Source: the human T2T-CHM13v2.0 reference genome, Homo sapiens. From it: a stretch of DNA of 64,000 nucleotides. Under the pieces are notes generated by a model. That model saw only the letters and a program-made list of their open reading frames with translations, was not told where the DNA came from and did not search any database. The stretch lies in NCBI RefSeq assembly GCF_009914755.1, contig NC_060925.1; one strand, given 5' to 3'. The translations under genes were made by a program, and so were the position numbers. This document shows, piece by piece, positions 43,001-55,000 of the stretch. Position 1 is the stretch's first letter. Every line of letters starts with the position of its first letter.

Positions 43001-46000
43001 ATATTGCACTCGAATTGATTCCATTCTATTCCATTCCATTCCATTCCATTCCATACCATTACATTAGATTCCACTCGAGTTGATTCCATTCCATTGCATT
43101 CAATTCCATTCCATTCCATTCCATTCCACCCTGAGTGATTCCATTCCATTCCATTATAATCCATTCCATTCCATTCCATTCAATTCCATTTCACTCGGGT
43201 TGATTCCATTCCATTCCATTCCACTCAGTTTGATTCCATTCCATTCCATTCCAGTCCATTCCCTTCCATTCCATTCCACTTGGGTTTATTCCACTCCATT
43301 CCATTCCATTCCATGCCATTACAGTCCATTCCATCCCATTCCACTCTTGTTGATTCCACTCCGTTCCATTCCATTCCATGCCGTTACATTCCATTCCATT
43401 CCATTCCATTCCATTCCATTCCATTCCATTCCATTCCATTCCATTCCTTTACATTCCATTCCACTCTGTTTGATTCCATTCCATTCCATTCTATACCATT
43501 ATATTGCACTCGAATTGATTCCATTCTATTCCATTATAATCCATTACATTCCATTCCATTCCACCGGGATTGATGCCTTTCCATTCCATTACAATGCTTT
43601 CCATTCCATTCCATTCCACTGGGGTTGATTCCATTCCATTCCATTCCATTCCATTCCATTCCATTCCGTTCCATTCCATTACATTCCATTCCACTCGGGT
43701 TGACTCCATTCCATACCATTGCATTCCATTGCATTCCATTCCTTTCCTTTCCATTCCATTCCTTTCCATTCCATTCCTTTCAACTCGAATTGATTCTATT
43801 CCATTCTATTCCATTCCATTCCATTCCATTCCATTCCATTCCATTGCATTCCATTCCTTTCCATTCCGTTTCCTTTGATTCCTTTCCAGTTGATTCCATT
43901 CCATTCCATTGCATTCCATTCCATTCCAATCGGGTTGATTTCATGCCATTCCATTACATTCTAGTCCTTTCCATTCCATTCCATTCCATTCAATTCCTGT
44001 CCATTCCATTCCATTCTATCCATTCCACTGGTGTTTATTCCATTCCACTCTATTCCATTGCATTCCATTCCACTGTTGTTTATTCAATTCCACTCCCTTC
44101 CATTGCATTCCATTCCATTCCATTTCATTCCATTCCATTCCATTCCACTCGTGTTTATTCCATTCCATTCCATTCCATTCTATTCCATTCCATTCCATTC
44201 TACTCAGGTAGATTCCATTCCATTCCATTCCATTCCATTCCATTCCATTCCATTCCACTCGGGTTCATTCCATTCCGTTCTGTTCCATTCCATTCCATTC
44301 CATTCATTTCCATTCCATTCCACTCGGGTTTATTCCATTCCGTTCCGTTCCATTCCATTCCATTCCATTCCATTCATTTCCATTCCATTCCATTCCATTC
44401 TACTTGCGTTGATTCCATTCCATTCCATTCCATTCCATTAAATTCCATTCCATTCGATTCCATTCCAGTTCTTTCCATTCCTTTCCATTCCATTCCAGTT
44501 CATTCCATTCCTTTCCATTCCATTCCAGTTCATTTCATTCCTTTCCATTCCATTCCATTCCATTGCTTTGGAATCGGGTTGATTCCAATCCATTCCGTTA
44601 CACTCCAGTCCTTTACATTCCATTCCATTCAACTCGCTTTTTTTCCATTACATTGAATTCCGTTCCTTTCTATTCCATTCCATTCCATTACATTCCATTG
44701 CATTCCACCCAGGTTGATTCCGTTCGATTCCATTCCAATCCATTCCATTCCATTCCATTTTAGTTGATTCCATTGAATTCCAGGCCGATCCATTCCATTC
44801 CACTCCATTCCAATCCATTCCACTCGGGGTGATTCCATTCCATTCCATTACATTCCATTGCATTCCACTCGGGTTGGTTCCATTCCATTCCATTCCATTC
44901 CATTCCATTCCATTTCAATCCTTTCCAGTTGATTCCATTCCATTCCATTGCATTCCATTCCATTCCAATTGGGCTGATTTCATTCCAGTCCATTCTAGTC
45001 CATTCCACTCCATTCCATTGCATTCCATTCCATTCCATTTAATTCCATTCCAATCCATTCCATTCCACTCGGGTTGACTCCATTCCATACCATTGCATTC
45101 CATTGCATTCCATTCCTTTCCTTTCCATTGCATTCCTTTCCATTCCATTCCTTTCCACTCGAGTTGTTTCCATTCCATTCTCTTCCATTCCATTCCATTC
45201 CATTCCATTCCATTCCATTCCATTCCCCTCGGGTTAATTCCATTCCATTCCATTCCATTCCATTCCATTTCATTCCTTTCCAGTTGATTCCATTCCCTTC
45301 CATTGCTTTCAATTCCATTCCAATCAGGTTGATTTCCTTCCATTCCATTCCTTTCCAGTCCATTCCATTCTATTCCATTCCATTCCATTCCATTCCATTC
45401 TAGTCCATTCCATTCCATTCCATTCCATTCCTTTCCATTCCATTGCTTTCCACTCGAGTTGATTCCATTCCATTCTAGTCCGTTCCACTCCATTCCATTC
45501 CATTCCATTCCATTCCATTCCATTCCATTACTGTCCATTCCATACCAATCCATTCCATTCTAGTTGATTCCATTGCATTCCATGCCGTTTCATTCCATTC
45601 CACTCTATTCCAATCCATTCCATTCGGGCTGATTTCATTCCATTCCATTCCTTTGAATTCCATTGCATTCCACTAGGGTTGATTGCATTCCATTCCTTTC
45701 CATTCCATTCCATTTCATTCCTTTCCAGTTGATTCCATTCGATTACATTGCATTCCATTCCATTCCAATCGGGTTGATTTCACTCCATTCCATTCCATTC
45801 TAGTCCATTCCATTCTATTCAATTCCATTCCATTCCATTCCTGTTCATTCCATTCCATTCCTTTCCATTCCATTCCACTGGTGTTTATTGCATTCCACTC
45901 CATTCCATGGCATTCCATTCCATTCCATTTCAATCCATTCAATTCCATTCGATTCCACTCGTGTTGACTCCATTCTATACCATTCCATTCCATTGCATTC

Positions 46001-49000
46001 CATTCCTTTCCTTTCCATTACATTCCTTTCCACTCGAGTTGATTCCATTCCATTCTATTCAATTCCATTCCATTCCATTCCATTCCACTCGTGTTTATTC
46101 CATTCTATTGCATTCCATTCCACTCGGGTTGATTCCATTCCATTCCATTCCATTCCATTCCATTCCGTTCCATTGCATTACACTCGGGTTGAATCCATTC
46201 CATTCTATTCCATTCCATTCCATTGTATTCCATTCCATTGCATTCATTTCATTCCTTTCCAGTTGATTCCATTCCATTCCATTGCTTTCCATTCCATTCC
46301 AATTGGGTTGATTTCATTCCATTCCATTCCATTCTAGTCCATTGCATTCCATTCCATTCCATTCCGTTCCATTCGATTCCATTCCATTCCATTCCATTCA
46401 TTTCCATTCCATTCCATTCCACTCCTCTCGGTTGATTCCATTCCATTCCATTCCATTCCATTCCATTCCATTCCATTCCATAAAATTCCATTCCATTCCA
46501 TTCCATTCCAGTTCATTCCATTCCTTTCCATTCCATTCCATTCCATTCCATTCCGTTGCATTGGAATCGGGTTGATTCCAATCCATTCCATTACATTCCA
46601 GTCCTTTCCATTCCATTACATTCCACTCGGTTTGTTTCCGTTAGATTGAATTCCATTCCATTCCATTGCATTCCATTGCATTCCATTCCACTCGGGTTGT
46701 TTCATTTCCATTCCATTCCATTAGTTTCCATTCCATTCCATTCCTTTCATTCCATTCCATACCATTCCATTCCACTCAGGTTGATTCCGTTCGATTCCAT
46801 TCCAATCCATTCCATTCCATTCCATTCTAGTTGATTCCATTGCATTCCATGCCATTCCATTCCATTCCACTCCATTCCAATCCATTCCACTCGGGTTGAT
46901 TCCATTCCATTCCATTCGATTCCATTCCATTCCATTGCATTCCACTCGGGTTGATTCCATTCCATTCCATTCCATTCCTTTCCATTCCATTCCATTCCAT
47001 TCTATTCCATTCCGTTCCATTTGATTCCTTTCCAATTGATTCCATTCCATTCCATTGCATTCCATTCCATTCCAATCGGGTTGATTTCATTCCATTCCAT
47101 TCCATTCTAGTCCATTCAACTCCATTCCATTACATTCCATTCCATTCCTTTCCTGTCCATTCCATACCAATCCATTGCATTCCATTCCAGTTGATTCCAT
47201 TGCATTCCATGCCGTTCCATTGAATTCCACTCTATTCCAATCCATTCCACTCGGGTTGATTTCATTCCATTCCATTCCATTCCATTCCATTGCAATCCAC
47301 TCGGGTTGATTCCATTCCATTCCATTCCATTCCATTCCAATTCATTCGGGTTGATTCCATTCCATTCATTTCCATTCCATTCCATTCCATTCCATTCCGT
47401 TCCGTTCCGTTCCGTTCCATTCTATTCCATTCCACTCCATTCCATTCCATTCCATTCCATTCCACTCGTGTTCATTCCATTTCATTCCATTCCATTCCAT
47501 TCCATTCCATTCCTGTCCATTCCATTCTATTCCATTCCATTCCTTTCCATTCCATTCCTTTCCACTCGGGTTGATTCCATTCCATTCTCTTCCATTCCAT
47601 TCCATTCCATTCCATTCCATTCCATTCCACTCGTGTTCATTTCATTCCATTCCATTCCTTTCCATTCCATTGCACTGGGGTTGATTCCATTCCATTCCAT
47701 TCCATTCCACTGGTGTTTATTCCATTCCGTTCCATTCCATTCCATTGTATTCGATTCCATTGCATTCCATTCCACTCGGGTTGACTCCATTCCATACCAT
47801 TGCATTCCATTGTATTCCATTCCTTTCCATTCCATTCCATTCCTTTCCTTTCCATTCCTTTCCACTCGGGTTGATTCCATTCCATTCTCTTCCATTCCTT
47901 TCCATTCCATTCCATTCCATTCCATTCCACTGGTGTTTATTCCATTCCACTCCAATCCATTCCATGCCATTCCATTCCATTTCATTCCATTCCATTCCAT
48001 TCCATTCCACTCGGGTTGACTCCATTCCATACCATTGCATTCCATTGCATTCCATTCCATTCCACTGGTGTTTATTCCATTCCACTCCATTCCATTGCAT
48101 TCCATTCCATTCCATTTCATTCCATTCAATTCCATTCCATTCCACTCGGGTTGACTCCATTCCATACCATTGCATTCCATTGCATTCCATTCCATTCCAC
48201 TGGTGTTTATTCCATTCCACTCCATTCCATTGCATTCCATTGCATTCCATTCTTTCCATTCCATTCCATTCCATTCCTTTCCATTCCATTCCATTGCACT
48301 CGGGTTGATTCCATTCCATTCCATTCCATTCCACTCGGGTTGATTCCATTCCATTCCATTCCAGTCCATTCCACTCGGGTTGATTCCATTCCATTCGTTT
48401 CCATTCCATTCCATTCCATTCCACTCGGTTTGGTTCCACTCTATTCCATAACATTCCATGTCATTACAGTCCATTCCATTCCATTCCACTCGGGTTGATT
48501 CCACTCCATTCCATTGCATTCTATGCCGTTACATTCCATTCCATTCCATTTCATTCCATTCCATTCCCTTCCATTCCATTCCATTCCATTGCATTCCGTT
48601 GCATTGGAATAGGGTTGATTCCAATCCATTCCATTTCATTCCAGTCCTTTCCCTTCCATTACATTCCACTCGGTTTGTTTCCATTACATTGAATTCCATT
48701 CCATTCCATTCCATTCCATTCCATTCCATTCCACCCGGATTGATTCCATTCCATTCCATTATAATCCATTCCATTCCATTCCATTCCACCCGGATTGATT
48801 CCATTCCATTCCATTATAATCCATTCCATTCCATTCCATTCCACTGGGGTTGATTCCATTCCATTCCATTCCATTCCATTCCATTCCATTCGATTTGATT
48901 CCTTTCCAGTTGATTCCATTACATTCCATTGCATTCCATTCCATTCCAATCGGGTTGATTTCATTCCAATCCATTACGTTCTAGTCCATTCCACTCCATT

Positions 49001-52000
49001 GCATTCCATTCCATTCCTGTTCATTCCATTCCATTCCATTCCATTCTAGTTGATTTCATTGCATTCCATGCCATTGCATTCCATTCCACTCTATTCCTAT
49101 CCATTCCATTCGGGTTGATTTCTTTACATTGCATTCCATTCCATTCCGTTGCATTGGAATCGGGTTGATTCCAATCCATTCCATTATATTCCAGTCGTTT
49201 CAATTCCATTACATTCCACTCGGTTTGTTTCCATTACATTGAATTCCATTCCATTCCATTCCACTCCTTTCAATTCAATTCCATTTCACCCGGTATGATT
49301 CCATTCCATTCCATTATAATCCATTCCATTCCACTGGGGTTGATTCCATTCCATTCCCTTCCTTTCCATTCCATTCCATTCCATTCCATTCCATTCCATA
49401 CGATTCCATTCCATTCCGTTCCATTTGATTCCTTTCCAGTTGATTCCATTCCATTCCATTCCATTGCATTCCATTCAATTCCAATCGGGTTGAATTCATT
49501 CCATTCCATTCCATTCTAGTCCATTCCACTCCATTCCATTCCATTCCATTCCATTCCTGTTCATTCCATTCCATTCCATTCCATTCTAGTGTATTTCATT
49601 GCATTCCATGTCATTCCATTTCATTCCACTCTATTCCAATCCATTCCATTCGGGTTGATTTCTTTCCATTCCATTTCATTCCATTCCACTGCATTCCAAT
49701 CGGGTTAATTCCATTCCATTCCTTTCCATTCCATTCCATTCCATTCCATTTCATTCCTTTCCATTCCATTCCATTCCATTCCTGTGCATTCCATTGCATT
49801 CCATTCCATTCCATTCCATTCCATTCCACTGGTGTTTATTCCATTCCACTCCATTCCATTGCATTCCATTCCATTCCATTTCATTCTATTCCATTCCATT
49901 CCATTCCACTCGGGTTGACTCCATTCCATACCATTGCATTCCATTGCATTCCATTCCTTTCCTTTCCCTTCCATTCCTTTCCATTCCATTCCTTTCCACT
50001 CGAGTTGATTCCATTCCACTCTATTCCATTCCATTCCATTCCATTCCATTCCACTCGTGTTTAATGCAATCCATTCCACTCGGTTTGATTCCATTCCATT
50101 CCATTACATTCCATTCCATTCTACTCGGGTACATTCCATTTCGTTCCGTTCCATTCCATTCCATTCCATTCCATTCATTTCCTTTCCATTCCATTCCACT
50201 CCACTCGGGTTGATTCCATTCCATTCCATTAAATTCCATTCCATTCCAGTTCTTTCCATTCCTTTCCATTCCATTCCATTCCTTTACATTCCATTCCATT
50301 CCATTCCATTCCATTCCGTTGGATTGTAATCGGGTTGATTCCAATCCATTCCATTACATTCCAGTCCTTTCCATTCCATTACATTCCAATCGGTTTGTTT
50401 CCATTACATTGAATTCCATTCCTTTCCCTTCCATTCCATTGCTTTCCATTGCATTCCATTCCACTCGGGTTGTTTCCTTTCCATTCCATTCCTTTAGTTT
50501 CCTTTCCATTCCATTCCATTCCATTCATTCCATTCCATTCCATTCCATTCTACTCAGGATGATTCCGTTCAATTCCATTCCAATCCATTCCCTTCCATTC
50601 CATTCTTGTTGATTCCATTGAATTCCATGCCATTCCATTCCATTCCACTCCATTGCAATCCGTTCCACTCGGGTTGATTCCATTCCATTCCATTCCATTC
50701 CATTGCATTCCACTCGGGTTGATTCCATTCCATTCCATTCCATTCCATTCCATTCCATTCCATTCCTGACCATTCCATTCCATTCCATTCCATTCCATTC
50801 CTTTCCATTCCATTCCTTTCCACTCGTGTTGATTCCATTCCATTCTCTTCCATTCCATTCCATTCTATTCCATTCCATTACATTACATTCCATTCCACTC
50901 GTTTTCATTCCATTCCATTCCATTCCATTGCATTCCATTCCATTCCATTCCATTGCACTCGGGTTGATTCCATTCCATTCCATTCCATTCCACTGGTGTT
51001 TATTCCATTCCATTCCATTCCATTCCATTCCATTCCATTCCATTCCATTGAATTCCATTCCATTGCATTCCATTCCACTCGGGTTGACTCCATTCCATAC
51101 CATTGCATTCCATTGCATTCCATTCCTTTCCATTCCATTCCATTCCTTTCCATTCCATTCCTTTCCACTCGGGTTGATTCCATTCCATTCTCTTAAATTC
51201 CATTCCATTCCATTCCATTCCATTCCATTCCATTCCATTCCTGTCCATTCCATTCCATTCCATTCCATTCCACTGGTGTTTATTCCATTCCACTCCAATC
51301 CATTCCATGCCATTCCATTCCATTTCATTCCATTCCATTCCATTCCATTCCATTCCACTCGTGTTGACTCCATTCTATACCATTGCCTTCCATTGCATTC
51401 CATTCCATTCCATTCCATTCCACTCGTGTTGACTCCATTCTATACCATTGCCTTCCATTGCATTCCATTCCATTCCCCTGGTGTTTATTCCATTCCACTC
51501 CATTCCATTGCATTTCATTGCATTGCATTCCATTCCATTCCATTCCATTCCATTCCATTCCATTCCACTCGTGTTCATTTCATTCCAATGCATTCCATTG
51601 CATTCCATTCCATTCCATTTCATTCCATTCCATTCCATTCCATTCCACTCGTGTTGACTCCATTCCATACCATTGCCTTCCATTGCATTCCATTCCATTC
51701 CCCTGGGGTTTATTCCATTCCACTCCATTCCATTCCATTCCATTCCATTCCATTCCACTCATGTTCATTTCATTCCAATCCATTCCATTGCATTCCATTC
51801 CACTGGTGTTTCTTCCATTCCACTCCATTCCTTTGAATTCCATTCCATTCCATTTCATTCCATTCCATTCCATTCCATTCCACTCGGGTTGACTCCATTC
51901 CATACCATTTCATTCCATTGCATTCCATTCTTTTCCTTTCGATTCCATTCCTTTCCATTCCATTCCTTTCCACTCGAGTTGATTCCATTCCATTCTATTC

Positions 52001-55000
52001 CATTCCATTCCATTCCATTCCACTCGTGATTATTCCAGTCCGTTCCATTCCATTCCATTCCACTCCGGTTGATTCCATTCCATTCCATTCCATTCCATTC
52101 CATTGCATTCCTTTCCACTCCACTCCTTTCCTCACCATTCTACTCGGGTTGATTCCATTCCATTCCATTCCATTCCATTCCATTCCATTGCATTCCAATC
52201 GGGTTGATTTCACTCCATTCCATTCCATTCCATGTCGTTACATTCCATTCCATTCCATTCCACTCGGGTTGATTCCACTCCATTTCATTCCATTCCATGC
52301 CGTTCCATTCCATTCCATTCCATTCCATTCCATTCCATTCATTTCAATTCCTTTCCATTCCATTCCACTCTGGTTGATTCCATTCCATTCCATTCCATTC
52401 CATTCCATTCCATTCCATTCCATTGCATTCCAATCGGGTTGATTTCACTCCATTCCATTCCATTCCATGTCGTTACATTCCATTCCATTCCATTCCACTC
52501 GGGTTGATTCCACTCCATTTCATTCCATTCCATGCCGTTCCATTCCATTCCATTCCATTCCATTCCATTCTATTCCATTGCTTTCATTTCAATTCCTTTC
52601 CATTCCATTCCACTCTGGTTGATTCCATTCCATTCCATTCCATTCCATTCCATTCCATTCCATTCCATTCTACTCGGGTTGATTCCATTCCATTCCATTC
52701 CATTCCATTCCATTACATTCCATTACATTTCATTCCACTCGAGTTGATTCCATTCCATTCCATTCCTTTCCATTCCATTGCATTCCATTCGGTTCATTCC
52801 AATCCATTGCTTTCCATTCCTTTCCATTCCATTCCCTTCCGTTCCATTCCACTCGGGTTGATTCCATTCCATTGCATTCCATTCCATTCCATTCCATTGC
52901 ATTGCATTCCATTCCATTCCATTCCATTCCGTCCATTCCATTTCACTCCATTCCCTTCCATTCCATTTCACTCCATTCCCTTCCATTCCATTCGATTCGG
53001 GTTCTTTCCATTCCATTCCATTCCATTCCATTCCATTCCATTCCATTCCATTCCATTCCCTTCCATTCCGCTCGTGTTGTTTCCTTTCCATTCAATTCCT
53101 TTCCATTCCATTCATTCCATTCCATTCCATTCCATTACACTGAGGTTGATTTTGTTCAATTCCATTCCAATCCATTCAATTCCATTCCATTCTAGTTGAT
53201 TCCTTTGCATTCCAAGCCATTCCATTCCATTGCATTCTATTCCAATGCATTCCATTAGGGTTGATTTCATTCCATTCCATTTCATTCCATTCCATTGCAT
53301 TCTACTCTGCTTAATTCCATTCCATTCCATTTCATTCCATTCCATTCCATTCCATTCCTTTCCAGTTGATTCCATTCCCTTCCATTGCATTCCATTCCAT
53401 TCCAATCGGGTTCATTTCCTTCCATTCCATTCCATTCTAGTCCATTCCATTCCATTCCATTCCATTCCATTCCATTCTAGTCCATTCCATTCCATTCCAT
53501 TCCATTCCATTCCATTCCATTCCTGTCTCTTCCATTCCATTCCATTCCATTCCATTTCATTCCATTCCATTCCTTTCCATTCAATTCCTTTCCACTCGTG
53601 TTGATTCCATTCCATTCTCTTCCATTCCATTCCATTCCATTCCATTCCATTCCTTTCCATTCCATTCCATTCCTTTCCTTTCCATTCCTTTCCACTCGGG
53701 TTGATTCCATTCCATTCTCTTAAATTCCATTCCATTCCATTCCATTCCATTCCATTCCATTCCATTCCATTCCTGTCCATTCCATTCCATTCCATTCCAT
53801 TCCACTGGTGTTTATTCCATTCCCCTCCAATCCATTCCATGTCATTCCATTTCATTCCATTCCATTCCATTCCATTCCATTCCATTCCATTCCATTCCAT
53901 TCCATTACATTACATTACATTACATTACATTACATTCCACTCGAGTTTATTCCATTCCATTCCATTCCTTTCCATTCCATTCCATTCCATTCGGTTCATT
54001 CCAATCCATTGCTTTCCATTCCTTTCCATTCCATTCCCTTCCGTTCCATTCCACTCGGGTTGATTCCATTCCATTGCATTCCATTCCATTCCGTTCCATT
54101 GCATTCCATTCCATTCCATTCCATTCCGTCCATTCCAATTCACTCCATTCCCTTCCATTCCATTTCACTCCATTACCTTCCATTCCATTCGAATCGTGTT
54201 CTTTCCATTCCATTCCATTCAATTCCATTCCATTCCATTCCATTGCCTTCCATTCCACTCGGGTTGTTTCCTTTCCATTCCATTCCATTAGTTTCCATTC
54301 CATTCCATTCCATTCATTCCATTCCATTCCATTCCATTACACTGAGGTTGATTCTGTTCAATTCCATTCCTATCCATTCAATTCCATTTCATTCTAGTTG
54401 ATTCCATGGCATTCCATGCCATTCCATTCCATTCTATTCCAATGCATTCCATAAGGGGTGATTTCATTCCATTCCATTTCATTCCATTCCATTGCATTCT
54501 ACTCGGGTTAATTCCATTCCATTCCATTCCATTCCATTCCACTCCATTCCATTCCATTTCATTCCTTTCGAGTTGATTCCATTCCCTTCCATTGCATTCC
54601 TTTCCATTCCAATCGGATTGATTTCCTTCCATTCCATTCCATTCTAGTCCATTCCATTGCATTCCATTCCTTTCCTTTCGATTCCATTCCTTTCCATTCC
54701 ATTCCATTCCTTTCCATTCCATTCCTTTCCACTCGGGTTGATTCCATTCCATTCTCTTCCATTCTATTCCATTCCATTCCATTCCATTCCTGTCCATTCC
54801 ATTCCATTCCTGTCCATTCCATTCCATTCCACTGGTGTTTATTCCATTCCACTCCAATCCATTCCATGCCATTCCATTCCATTTCATTCCATTCCATTCC
54901 ATTCCATTCCATTCCACTCGTGTTGACTCCATTCTATACCATTGCCTTCCATTGCATTCCATTCCATTCCATTCCATTCCACTCGTGTTGACTCCATTCT

